From Utricularia gibba (Eukaryota; Plantae; Magnoliophyta): a stretch of 50,756 nt of DNA. The position numbers and the translations under genes are program-made. The notes below the pieces were generated by a model. It was not told the origin of the DNA. It worked only from the letters and a program-made list of their open reading frames with translations, and searched no databases. Below are positions 8,819 to 22,337 of the stretch, in pieces; the first letter of the stretch is position 1, and each line of letters begins with the position of its first letter. Location of the stretch: assembly GCA_002189035.1 (NCBI GenBank), contig NEEC01000232.1:1-50756 (forward strand), written 5' to 3'.

Positions 8819-10980
8819 CCTACTCGACGAAAATCGTGATGCAGTTATTGAAGTTAGGATTCATGAGCACCCAAAATGGTTTTCTCAACCGCATGCTTTA
8901 TATTTGATAAGGCTCTCGTGGGGCAACGGTATCGAGTAGGAGGTCGAGTCGAGCTCGGGCCCAGAGTCATTTGTAGCCCGGCAAAAAAAATTGATGCATT
9001 TATTAACGTTGGTTTAATAGGCTGCCTACATGTTTCTCAAGGAAAAGCTTGTCGTTTCTGGCGGGTGATGTCGTTGGGAACTTCGTTCTGACCAAGGTTC
9101 GGTCTGACTCCTTTGCCACATCGGGTCCTACTCGACGAAAATCGTGATGCAGTTATTGAAGTTAGGATTCATGAGCACCCAAAATGGTTTTCTCAACCGC
9201 ATGCTTTATATTTGAGGAGGCGCTCTCGTGGGGCAACGGTATCGAGCAGGAGGTCGAGTCGAGCTCGGGCCCATAGTCATTTGTAGCTCGGCAAAAAACT
9301 TGATGCATTTATTAACGTTGGGTTTTAATAGGCTGCCTACATGGTTTTCTCAAGGAAAAGCTTGTCGTTTTTGGGCGGGTGATGTCGTTGTGAACTTCGT
9401 TCTGACCCAAGGTTCGGTCTGTCTCCTTTGCCAAATCGGTCCTACTCGACGAAAATCGTGATGCAGTTATTGAAGTTAGGATTTCATGAGCACCCAAAAT
9501 GGTTTTCTCAACCGCATGCTTTATATTTGATAAGGCACTCTCGTGGGGCAACGGTATCGAGCAGGAGGTCGAGTCGAGCTCGGGCCCAGAGTCATTTGTA
9601 GCCGGCAAAAAATTGATGCATTTATTAACGTTGGTTTATTAGGCTGCCTACATAGTTTCTCAAGGAAAAGCTTGTCGTTTCTGGCGGGTGATGTCGTTGG
9701 GAACTTCGTTCTGACCAAGGTTCGGTCTGACTCCTTTGCCACATCGGGTCCTACTCGACGAAAATCGTGATGCAGTTATTGAAGTTAGGATTCATGAGCA
9801 CCCAAAATGGTTTTCTCAACGCATGCTTTATATTTGATAAGGCACTCTCGTGGGGCAACGGTATCGAGCAGGAGGTCGAGTCGAGCTCGGGCCAGAGTCA
9901 TTTGTAGCCCGGCAAAAAAATTGATGCATTTATTAACGTTGGTTTTAATAGGCTGCCTACATGTTTTCTCAAGGAAAAGCTTGTCGTTTTGGGCGGGTGA
10001 TGTCTTTTGGAACTTCGTTCTGACCAAGGTTCGGTCTGACTCCTTTGCCACATCGGGTCCTACTCGACGAAAATCGTGATGCAGTTATTGAAGTTAGGAT
10101 TTCATGAGCACCCAAAATGGTTTTCTCAACCGCATGCTTTATATTTGATAAGGCTCTCGTGGGGCAACGGTATCGAGCAGGAGGTCGAGTCGAGCTCGGG
10201 CCCAGAGTCATTTGTAGCAAAAAAATTGATGCATTTATTAACGTTGGTTTTATTAGGCTGCCTACATAGTTTCTCAAGGAAAAGCTTGTCGTTTTGGCGG
10301 GTGATGTCGTTGGAACTTCGTTCTGACCAAGGTTCGTCTGACTCCTTTGCCACATCGGGTCCTACTCGACGAAAATCGTGATGCAGTTATTGAAGTTAGG
10401 ATTCATGAGCACCCAAAATGGTTTTCTCAACCGCATGCTTTATATTTGATAAGGTGCTCTCGTGGGGCAACGGTATCGAGTAGGAGGTCGAGTCGAGCTC
10501 GGGCCCATAGTCATTTGTAGCTCGGCAAAAAACTTGATGCATTTATTAACGGTTGGTTTTAATAGGCTGCCTAAATGGTTTTCTCAAGGAAAAGCTTGTC
10601 GTTTTTGGGCGGGTGATGTCGTTGTGAACTTCGTTCTGACCCAAGGTTCGGTCTGTCTCCTTTGCCATCTGGTCCTACTCGACGAAAATCGTGATGCAGT
10701 TATTGAAGTTAGGATTTCATGAGCACCCAAAATGCTTTTTCAACGCATGCTTTGTAGTTGAGGAGGCGCTCTAGTGGGGCACGGTATCGGGCAAAGGTCG
10801 AGTCGGGCTCGCTCCCAGAGTCATTTTTAGCCTCAAAAAAAGTGATGCATTTATTAACGTTGGTTTAATAGGCTGCCTACATGGTTTCTCAAGGAAAAGC
10901 TTGTCGTTTCTGGGCGGGTGATGTCTTTTGGAACTTCGTTCTGACCATAGGTTCGGTCTGACTCCTTTGCCACATCGGGT
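8819..10980 (+). repeat. 7-monomer higher-order unit A-B-A-E-A-C-D (2162 bp)
   Basis: Lies between the D monomers ending at 8818 and 10980. The subtype order was read from diagnostic sites. Confidence 0.7.
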
Positions 10981-13900
10981 CCTACTCGACGAAAATCGTG
11001 ATGCAGTTATTGAAGTTAGGATTCATGAGCACCCAAAATGGTTTTCTCAACCGCATGCTTTATATTTGATAAGGCACTCTCGTGGGGCAACGGTATCGAG
11101 CAGGAGGTCGAGTCGAGCTCGGGCCCAGAGTCATTTGTAGCCCGGCAAAAAAAAAATTGATGCATTTATTAACGTTGGTTTATAGGCTGCCTACATGTTT
11201 CTCAAGGAAAAGCTTGTCGTTTCTGGCGGGTGATGTCGTTGAACTTCGTTCTGACCAAGGTTCGGTCTGACTCCTTTGCCACATCGGGTCCTACTCGACG
11301 AAAATCGTGATGCAGTTATTGAAGTTAGGATTCATGAGCACCCAAAATGGTTTTCTCACCGCATGCTTTATATTTGAGGAGGCGCTCTCGTGGGGCAACG
11401 GTATCGAGCAGGAGGTCGAGTCGAGCTCGGGCCCATAGTCATTTGTAGCTCGGCAAAAAACTTGATGCATTTATTAACGTTGGTTTTAATAGGCTGCCTA
11501 CATGGTTTTCTCAAGGAAAAGCTTGTCGTTTTGGGCGGGTGATGTCGTTGTGAACTTCGTTCTGACCCAAGGTTCGGTCTGTCCTTTGCCAAATCGGGTC
11601 CTACTCGACGAAAATCGTGATGCAGTTATTGAAGTTAGGATTTCATGAGCACCCAAAATGGTTTTCTCAACCGCATGCTTTATATTTGATAAGGCACTCT
11701 CGTGGGGCAACGGTATCGAGCAGGAGGTCGAGTCGAGCTCGGCCCAGAGTCATTTGTAGCCCGGCAAAAAAATTGATGCATTTATTAACGTTGGTTTATT
11801 AGGCTGCCTACATAGTTTCTCAAGGAAAAGCTTGTCGTTTCTGGCGGGTGATGTCGTTGGGAACTTCGTTCTGACCCAAGGTTCGGTCTGACTCCTTTGC
11901 CACATCGGGTCCTACTCGACGAAAATCGTGATGCAGTTATTGAAGTTAGGATTTCATGAGCACCCAAAATGGTTTTCTCAACCGCATGCTTTATATTTGA
12001 TAAGGCGCTCTCGTGGGGCAACGGTATCGAGCAGGAGGTCGAGTCGAGCTCGGGAGAGTCATTTGTAGCCCGGCAAAAAATTGATGCATTTATTAACGTT
12101 GGCTTTATTAGGCTGCCTACATAGTTTCTCAAGGAAAAGCTTGTCGTTTCTGGGCGGGTGATGTCTTTTGGAACTTCGTTCTGACCAAGGTTCGGTCTGA
12201 CTCCTTTGCCACATCGGGTCCTACTCGACGAAAATCGTGATGCAGTTATTGAAGTTAGGATTCATGAGCACCCAAAATGGTTTTCTCAACCGCATGCTTT
12301 ATATTTGATAAGGCACTCTCGTGGGGCAACGGTATCGAGCAGGAGGTCGAGTCGAGCTCGGGCCCAGAGTCATTTGTAGCCCGGCAAAAAAATTGATGCA
12401 TTTATTAACGTTCGGCTTTATTAGGCTGCCTACATAGTTTCTCAAGGAAAAGCTTGTCGTTTCTGGGCGGGTGATGTCGTTGGAACTTCGTTCTGACCAA
12501 GGTTCGTCTGACTCCTTTGCCACATCGGGTCCTACTCGACGAAAATCGTGATGCAGTTATTGAAGTTAGGATGTCATGAGCACCCAAAATGGTTTTCTCA
12601 ACCGCATGCTTTATATTTGATAGGCGCTCTCGTGGGGCAACGGTATCGAGCAGGAGGTCGAGTCGAGCTCGGGCCCATAGTCATTTGTAGCTCGGCAAAA
12701 AACTTGATGCATTTATTAACGTTGGTTTTAATAGGCTGCCTACATGGTTTTCTCAAGGAAAAGCTTGTCGTTTTTGGGCGGGTGATGTCGTTGTGAACTT
12801 CGTTCTGACCCAAGGTTCGGTCTGTCTCCTTTGCCAAATCGGTCCTACTCGACGAAAATCGTGATGCAGTTATTGAAGTTAGGATTTCATGAGCACCCAA
12901 AATGGTTTTCTCAACCGCATGCTTTATATTTGATAAGGCACTCTCGTGGGGCAACGGTATCGAGCAGGAGGTCGAGTCGAGCTCGGTCCCAGAGTCATTT
13001 GTAGCCCGGCAAAAAATTGATGCATTTATTAACGTTCGGCTTTTAGGCTGCCTACATAGTTTCTCAAGGAAAAGCTTGTCGTTTCTGGGCGGGTGATGTC
13101 GTTGGAACTTCGTTCTGACCCAAGGTTCGTCTGACTCCTTTGCCACATCGGGTCCTACTCGACGAAAATCGTGATGCAGTTATTGAAGTTAGGATTCATG
13201 AGCACCCAAAATGGTTTTCTCAACCGCATGCTTTATATTTGATAAGGCCTCTCGTGGGGCAACGGTATCGAGCAGGAGGTCGAGTCGAGCTCGGGAGTCA
13301 TTTGTAGCCCGGCAAAAAAATTGATGCATTTATTAACGTTCGGTTTATTAGGCTGCCTACATAGTTTCTCAAGGAAAAGCTTGTCGTTTCTGGGCGGGTG
13401 ATGTCTTTTGGAACTTCGTTCTGACCAAGGTTCGGTCTGACTCCTTTGCCACATCGGGTCCTACTCGACGAAAATCGTGATGCAGTTATTGAAGTTAGGA
13501 TTCATGAGCACCCAAAATGGTTTTCAACCGCATGCTTTATATTTGATAAGGCACTCTCGTGGGCAACGGTATCGAGCAGGAGGTCGAGTCGAGCTCGGCC
13601 CAGAGTCATTTGTAGCCCGGCAAAAAAATTGATGCATTTATTAACGTTCGGCTTTATTAGGCTGCCTACATAGTTTCTCAAGGAAAAGCTTGTCGTTTCT
13701 GGCGGGTGATGTCGTTGGAACTTCGTTCACCAAGGTTCGTCTGACTCCTTTGCCACATCGGGTCCTACTCGACGAAAATCGTGATGCAGTTATTGAAGTT
13801 AGGATGTCATGAGCACCCAAAATGGTTTTCTCAACCGCATGCTTTATTTGAGGAGGCGCTCTCGTGGGGCAACGGTATCGAGCAGGAGGTCGAGTCGAGC

Positions 13901-15610
13901 TCGGGCCCATAGTCATTTGTAGCTCGGCAAAAAACTTGATGCATTTATTAACGTTGGTTTTAATAGGCTGCCTAAATGGTTTTCTCAAGGAAAAGCTTGT
14001 CGTTTTTGGGCGGGTGATGTCGTTGTGAACTTCGTTCTGACCCAAGGTTCGGTCTGTCTCCTTTGCCAAATCGGTCCTACTCGACGAAAATCGTGATGCA
14101 GTTATTGAAGTTAGGATTCATGAGCACCCAAAATGGTTTTCTCAACCGCATGCTTTATATTTGATAAGGCGCTCTCGTGGGGCAACGGTATCGAGCAGGA
14201 GGTCGAGTCGAGCTCGGCCCAGAGTCATTTGTAGCCCGGCAAAAAATTGATGCATTTATTAACGTTCGGTTTAATAGGCTGCCTACATAGTTTCTCAAGG
14301 AAAAGCTTGTCGTTTCTGGGCGGGTGATGTCGTTGGGAACTTCGTTCTGACCCAAGGTTCGTCTGACTCCTTTGCCACATCGGGTCCTACTCGACGAAAA
14401 TCGTGATGCAGTTATTGAAGTTAGGATTCATGAGCACCCAAAATGGTTTTCTCAACCGCATGCTTTATATTTAAGGCACTCTCGTGGGGCAACGGTATCG
14501 AGCAGGAGGTCGAGTCGAGCTCGGAGTCATTTGTAGCCCGGCAAAAAAATTGATGCATTTATTAACGTTGGTTTTAATAGGCTGCCTACATGTTTCTCAA
14601 GGAAAAGCTTGTCGTTTCTGGGCGGGTGATGTCTTTTGGAACTTCGTTCTGACCAAGGTTCGGTCTGACTCCTTTGCCACATCGGTCCTACTCGACGAAA
14701 ATCGTGATGCAGTTATTGAAGTTAGGATTTCATGAGCACCCAAAATGGTTTTCTCAACCGCATGCTTTATATTTGATAAGGCGCTCTCGTGGGGCAACGG
14801 TATCGAGCAGGAGGTCGAGTCGAGCTCGGGCCCAGAGTCATTTGTAGCCCGGCAAAAAAATTGATGCATTTATTAACGTTGGTTTAATAGGCTGCCTACA
14901 TGTTTCTCAAGGAAAAGCTTGTCGTTTCTGGCGGGTGATGTCGTTGGGAACTTCGTTCTGACCCAAGGTTCGTCTGACTCCTTTGCCACATCGGGTCCTA
15001 CTCGACGAAAATCGTGATGCAGTTATTGAAGTTAGGATTCATGAGCACCCAAAATGGTTTTCTCAACCGCATGCTTTATATTTGATAAGGTGCTCTCGTG
15101 GGGCAACGGTATCGAGTAGGAGGTCGAGTCGAGCTCGGGCCCATAGTCATTTGTAGCTCGGCAAAAAAATTGATGCATTTATTAACGTTGGTTTTAATAG
15201 GCTGCCTACATGGTTTTCTCAAGGAAAAGCTTGTCGTTTTTGGGCGGGTGATGTCGTTGTGAACTTCGTTCTGACCCAAGGTTCGGTCTGACTCCTTTGC
15301 AAATCGGTCCTACTCGACGAAAATCGTGATGCAGTTATTGAAGTTAGGATTTCATGAGCACCCAAAATGGTTTTAACGCATGCTTTATATTTGAGGAGGC
15401 GCTCTCGTGGGGCAACGGTATCGAAAAGGTCGAGTCGAGCTCGGCCCAGAGTCATTTTTAGCCGGCAAAAAATTGATGCATTTATTAACGTTGGGTTTTA
15501 ATAGGCTGCCTACATGGTTTCTCAAGGAAAAGCTTGTCGTTTCTGGGCGGTGATGTCTTTGGAACTTCGTTCTGACCAAGGTTCGGTCTGACTCCTTTGC
15601 CACATCGGGT
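10981..15610 (+). repeat. 15-monomer higher-order unit [A-B-A-E]x3-A-C-D (4630 bp)
   Basis: Anchors: 10981 A, 11290 B, 11600 A, 11911 E, 12220 A, 12531 B, 12844 A, 13154 E, 13460 A, 13764 B, 14076 A, 14386 E, 14687 A, 14997 C, 15309 D-like. The 4-mer blocks are 1239, 1240 and 1227 bp. Confidence 0.78.
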
Positions 15611-18058
15611 CCTACTCGACGAAAATCGTGATGCAGTTATTGAAGTTAGGATTCATGAGCACCCAAAATGGTTTTCTCAACCGCATGCTTTATATTTGAT
15701 AGGCGCTCTCGTGGGGCAACGGTATCGAGCAGGAGGTCGAGTCGAGCTCGGGCCCAGAGTCATTTGTAGCCCGGCAAAAAAATTGATGCATTTATTAACG
15801 TTCGGCTTTATTAGGCTGCCTACATAGTTTCTCAAGGAAAAGCTTGTCGTTTCTGGCGGGTGATGTCGTTGGGAACTTCGTTCGACCCAAGGTTCGTCTG
15901 ACTCCTTTGCCACATCGGGTCCTACTCGACGAAAATCGTGATGCAGTTATTGAAGTTAGGATTCATGAGCACCCAAAATGGTTTTCTCAACCGCATGCTT
16001 TTATATTGATAAGGCGCTCGTGGGGCAACGGTATCGAGCAGGAGGTCGAGTCGAGCTCGGGCCCATAGTCATTTGTAGCCGGCAAAAAACTTGATGCATT
16101 TATTAACGTTGGGTTTTAATAGGCCCTACATGTTTCTCAAGGAAAAGCTTGTCGTTTTGGGCGGGTGATGTCGTTGGAACTTCGTTCTGACCCAAGGTTC
16201 GGTCTGTCTCCTTTGCCAATCGGTCCTACTCGACGAAAATCGTGATGCAGTTATTGAAGTTAGGATTTCATGAGCACCCAAAATGGTTTTCTCAACCGCA
16301 TGCTTTATATTTGATAAGGTGCTCTCGTGGGGCAACGGTATCGAGTAGGAGGTCGAGTCGAGCTCGGGCCCATAGTCATTTGTAGCCGGCAAAAAATTGA
16401 TGCATTTATTAACGTTGGTTTTAATAGGCTGCCTAATGGTTTCTCAAGGAAAAGCTTGTCGTTTTGGGCGGGTGATGTCGTTGTGAACTTCGTTCTGACC
16501 AAGGTTCGGTCTGACTCCTTTGCCACATCGGTCCTACTCGACGAAAATCGTGATGCAGTTATTGAAGTTAGGATTTCATGAGCACCCAAATGCTTTTTCA
16601 ACGCATGCTTTTATTTGAGGAGGCGCTCTCGTGGGGCAACGGTATCGACAAGGTCGAGTCGGGCTCGCTCCCAGAGTCATTTGTAGCCGGCAAAAAAATG
16701 ATGCATTTATTAACGTTGGGTTTAATAGGCTGCCTACATGGTTTCTCAAGGAAAAGCTTGTCGTTTCTGGCGGGTGATGTCTTTGGAACTTCGTTCTGAC
16801 CATAGGTTCGGTCTGACTCCTTTGCCACATCGGGTCCTACTCGACGAAAATCGTGATGCAGTTATTGAAGTTAGGATTCATGAGCACCCAAAATGGTTTT
16901 CTCAACCGCATGCTTTATATTGATAAGGCTCGTGGGGCAACGGTATCGAGCAGGAGGTCGAGTCGAGCTCGGGCCCAGAGTCATTTGTAGCCCGGCAAAA
17001 AATTGATGCATTTATTAACGTTCATTAGGCTGCCTACATAGTTTCTCAAGGAAAAGCTTGTCGTTTCTGGGCGGGTGATGTCGTTGAACTTCGTTCTGAC
17101 CCAAGGTTCGTCTGACTCCTTTGCCACATCGGGTCCTACTCGACGAAAATCGTGATGCAGTTATTGAAGTTAGGATTCATGAGCACCCAAAATGGTTTTC
17201 TCAACCGCATGCTTTATATTGATAAGGCGCTCTCGTGGGGCAACGGTATCGAGCAGGAGGTCGAGTCGAGCTCGGGCCCATAGTCATTTGTAGCTCGGCA
17301 AAAAACTTGATGCATTTATTAACGTTGGGTTTTAATAGGCCTACATGTTTTTCTCAAGGAAAAGCTTGTCGTTTTTGGGCGGGTGATGTCGTTGTGAACT
17401 TCGTTCTGACCCAAGTTCGGTCTGACTCCTTTGCCACATCGGGTCCTACTCGACGAAAATCGTGATGCAGTTATTGAAGTTAGGATTCATGAGCACCCAA
17501 AATGGTTTTCTCAACCGCATGCTTTATATTTGATAAGGCGCTCTCGTGGGGCAACGGTATCGAGCAGGAGGTCGAGTCGAGCTCGGGCCCATAGTCATTT
17601 GTAGCCGGCAAAAAATTGATGCATTTATTAACGTTGGTTTTAATAGGCTGCCTACATGTTTCTCAAGGAAAAGCTTGTCGTTTTTGGGCGGGTGATGTCG
17701 TTGTGAACTTCGTTCTGACCCAAGGTTCGGTCTGACTCCTTTGCCAAATCGGTCCTACTCGACGAAAATCGTGATGCAGTTATTGAAGTTAGGATTTCAT
17801 GAGCACCAAAATGCTTTTCAACGCATGCTTTATATTTGAGGAGGCGCTCTCGTGGGGCAACGGTATCGAGCAGGAGGTCGAGTCGAGCTCGCTCCCAGAG
17901 TCATTTGTAGCCCAAAAAAATTGATGCATTTATTAACGTTGGTTTAATAGGCTGCCTACATAGTTTCTCAAGGAAAAGCTTGTCGTTTCTGGGCGGGTGA
18001 TGTCTTTTGGAACTTCGTTCTGACCAAGGTTCGGTCTGACTCCTTTGCCACATCGGGT
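15611..18058 (+). repeat. Two tandem A-B-C-D-like 4-monomer units (~1225 bp each)
   Basis: Anchors: 15611, 15921, 16225, 16533 (D), 16836, 17135, 17445, 17754 (D-like). The second unit's C and D marks are only partial. Confidence 0.55.
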
Positions 18059-21000
18059 CCTACTCGACGAAAATCGTGATGCAGTTATTGAAGTTAGGAT
18101 GTCATGAGCACCCAAAATGGTTTTCTCAACCGCATGCTTTATATTTGAAGGCGCTCTCGTGGGCAACGGTATCGAGCAGGAGGTCGAGTCGAGCTCGGGC
18201 CCAGAGTCATTTGTAGCCCGGCAAAAAATTGATGCATTTATTAACGTTGGTTTTAATAGGCTGCCTCAATGGTTTTCTCAAGGAAAAGCTTGTCGTTTTT
18301 GGGCGGGTGATGTCGTTGTGAACTTCGTTCTGACCCAAGGTTCGGTCTGTCTCCTTTGCCAATCTGGTCCTACTCGACGAAAATCGTGATGCAGTTATTG
18401 AAGTTAGGATTTCATGAGCACCCAAAATGGTTTTCTCAACGCATGCTTTATATTTGATAGGCGCTCTCGTGGGGCAACGGTATCGAGCAGGAGGTCGAGT
18501 CGAGCTCGGCCCAGAGTCATTTGTAGCCAAAAAAAATTGATGCATTTATTAACGTTCGGCTTTATTAGGCTGCCTACATAGTTTCTCAAGGAAAAGCTTG
18601 TCGTTTCTGGGCGGGTGATGTCGTTGGGAACTTCGTTCGGACCCAAGGTTCGTCTGACTCCTTTGCCACATCGGGTCCTACTCGACGAAAATCGTGATGC
18701 AGTTATTGAAGTTAGGATGTCATGAGCACCCAAATGGTTTTCTCAACGCATGCTTTATATTTGAGGAGGCGCTCTCGTGGGGCAACGGTATCGAGCAGGA
18801 GGTCGAGTCGAGCTCGGGCCCATAGTCATTTGTAGCTCGGCAAAAAACTTGATGCATTTATTAACGTTGGTTTTAATAGGCTGCTAATGGTTTTCTCAAG
18901 GAAAAGCTTGTCGTTTTGGGCGGGTGATGTCGTTGTGAACTTCGTTCTGACCAAGGTTCGGTCTGACTCCTTTGCCAATCGGTCCTACTCGACGAAAATC
19001 GTGATGCAGTTATTGAAGTTAGGATTCATGAGCACCCAAAATGGTTTTCTCAACCGCATGCTTTATATTTGATAAGCGCTCTCGTGGGGCAACGGTATCG
19101 AGCAGGAGGTCGAGTCGAGCTCGGGCCCAGAGTCATTTGTAGCCGGCAAAAAAATTGATGCATTTATTAACGTTGGTTTATTAGGCTGCCTACATAGTTT
19201 CTCAAGGAAAAGCTTGTCGTTTCTGGCGGGTGATGTCGTTGGGAACTTCGTTCTGACCCAAGGTTCGTCTGACTCCTTTGCCACATCGGGTCCTACTCGA
19301 CGAAAATCGTGATGCAGTTATTGAAGTTAGGATTCATGAGCACCCAAAATGGTTTTCTCAACCGCATGCTTTATATTTGATAAGGCGCTCTCGTGGGGCA
19401 ACGGTATCGAGCAGGAGGTCGAGTCGAGCTCGGAGAGTCATTTGTAGCCCGGCAAAAAATTGATGCATTTATTAACGTTCTTTATTAGGCTGCCTACATA
19501 GTTTCTCAAGGAAAAGCTTGTCGTTTCTGGGCGGGTGATGTCTTGGAACTTCGTTCTGACCAAGGTTCGGTCTGACCTTTGCCACATCGGGTCCTACTCG
19601 ACGAAAATCGTGATGCAGTTATTGAAGTTAGGATTCATGAGCACCCAAAATGGTTTTCTCAACCGCATGCTTTATATTTGATAAGGCGCTCTCGTGGGCA
19701 ACGGTATCGAGCAGGAGGTCGAGTCGAGCTCGGGCCCAGAGTCATTTGTAGCCCGGCAAAAAAATTGATGCATTTATTAACGTTCGGTTTTATTAGGCTG
19801 CCTACATAGTTTCTCAAGGAAAAGCTTGTCGTTTCTGGCGGGTGATGTCGTTGGAACTTCGTTCGACCCAAGGTTCGTCTGACTCCTTTGCCACATCGGT
19901 CCTACTCGACGAAAATCGTGATGCAGTTATTGAAGTTAGGATTCATGAGCACCCAAAATGGTTTTCTCAACCGCATGCTTTATATTTGATAAGGTGCTCT
20001 CGTGGGGCAACGGTATCGAGTAGGAGGTCGAGTCGAGCTCGGGAGTCATTTGTAGCTCGGCAAAAAACTTGATGCATTTATTAACGTTGGTTTTAATAGG
20101 CTGCCTAAATGGTTTTCTCAAGGAAAAGCTTGTCGTTTTTGGGCGGGTGATGTCGTTGTGAACTTCGTTCTGACCAAGGTTCGGTCTGTTCCTTTGCCAA
20201 ATCTGGTCCTACTCGACGAAAATCGTGATGCAGTTATTGAAGTTAGGATTTCATGAGCACCCAAAATGCTTTTTCAACGCATGCTTTGTATTGAGGAGGC
20301 GCTCTAGTGGGCACGGTATCGGCAAAGGTCGAGTCGGCTCGCTCCAGAGTCATTTTAGCCTGTCAAAAAAAGTGATGCATTTATTAACGTTGGGTTTTAA
20401 TAGGCCTACATGGTTTCTCAAGGAAAAGCTTGTCGTTTGGGCGGGTGATGTCTTTTGGAACTTCGTTCTGACCATAGGTTCGGTCTGACTCCTTTGCCAC
20501 ATCGGTCCTACTCGACGAAAATCGTGATGCAGTTATTGAAGTTAGGATTCATGAGCACCCAAAATGGTTTTCTCAACCGCATGCTTTATATTTGATAGGC
20601 GCTCTCGTGGGAACGGTATCGAGCAGGAGGTCGAGTCGAGCTCGGGCCCAGAGTCATTTGTAGCCCGGCAAAAATTGATGCATTTATTAACGTTGGTTTA
20701 ATAGGCTGCCTCAATGGTTTCTCAAGGAAAAGCTTGTCGTTTTGGGCGGTGATGTCGTTGTGAACTTCGTTCTGACCCAAGGTTCGGTCTGTCTCCTTTG
20801 CCAAATCGGTCCTACTCGACGAAAATCGTGATGCAGTTATTGAAGTTAGGATTTCATGAGCACCCAAAATGCTTTTCTCAACGCATGCTTTGTATTGAGG
20901 AGGCGCTCTAGTGGGCACGGTATCGGCAAAGGTCGAGTCGGGCTCGCCCAGAGTCATTTTTAGCCGGCAAAAAAATGATGCATTTATTAACGTTGGTTTA

Positions 21001-22337
21001 TTAGGCTGCCTACATGTTTCTCAAGGAAAAGCTTGTCGTTTCTGGGCGGGTGATGTCTTTTGGAACTTCGTTCTGACCATAGGTTCGGTCTGACTCCTTT
21101 GCCACATCGGGTCCTACTCGACGAAAATCGTGATGCAGTTATTGAAGTTAGGATTCATGAGCACCAAAATGGTTTTCTCAACCGCATGCTTTATATTTGA
21201 TAAGGCCTCTCGTGGGCAACGGTATCGAGTAGGAGGTCGAGTCGAGCTCGGGCCCAGAGTCATTTGTAGCCGGCAAAAAATCATTTATTAACGTTGGTTT
21301 ATTAGGCTGCCTACATGTTTCTCAAGGAAAAGCTTGTCGTTTCTGGCGGGTGATGTCGTTGGAACTTCGTTCGGACCCAAGGTTCGTCTGACTCCTTTGC
21401 CACATCGGGTCCTACTCGACGAAAATCGTGATGCAGTTATTGAAGTTAGGATTCATGAGCACCAAAATGGTTTTCAACCGCATGCTTTATATTTGATAGG
21501 CGCTCTCGTGGGGCAACGGTATCGAGCAGGAGGTCGAGTCGAGCTCGGGCCCATAGTCATTTGTAGCTCGGCAAAAAACTTGATGCATTTATTAACGTTG
21601 GTTTTAATAGGCTGCCTACATGTTTTCTCAAGGAAAAGCTTGTCGTTTTGGGCGGGTGATGTCGTTGTGAACTTCGTTCTGACCCAAGGTTCGGTCTGTC
21701 ACCTTTGCCAAATCTGGTCCTACTCGACGAAAATCGTGATGCAGTTATTGAAGTTAGGATTTCATGAGCACCCAAAATGGTTTTCTCAACCGCATGCTTT
21801 ATATTTGATAAGGCCTCTCGTGGGGCAACGGTATCGAGCAGGAGGTCGAGTCGAGCTCGGTCCCAGAGTCATTTGTAGCCGGCAAAAAAATTGATGCATT
21901 TATTAACGTTGGCTTATTAGGCTGCCTACATAGTTTCTCAAGGAAAAGCTTGTCGTTTCTGGCGGGTGATGTCGTTGGGAACTTCGTTCACCCAAGGTTC
22001 GGTCTGACTCCTTTGCCACATCGGGTCCTACTCGACGAAAATCGTGATGCAGTTATTGAAGTTAGGATTCATGAGCACCCAAAATGGTTTTCTCAACCGC
22101 ATGCTTTATATTTGATAAGGCGCTCTCGTGGGGCAACGGTATCGAGCAGGAGGTCGAGTCGAGCTCGGGCCCATAGTCATTTGTAGCTCGGCAAAAAAAT
22201 TGATGCATTTATTAACGTTGGTTTTAATAGGCTGCCTACATGTTTTCTCAAGGAAAAGCTTGTCGTTTTTGGGCGGGTGATGTCGTTGTGAACTTCGTTC
22301 TGACCAAGGTTCGTCTGACTCCTTTGCCACATCGGGT

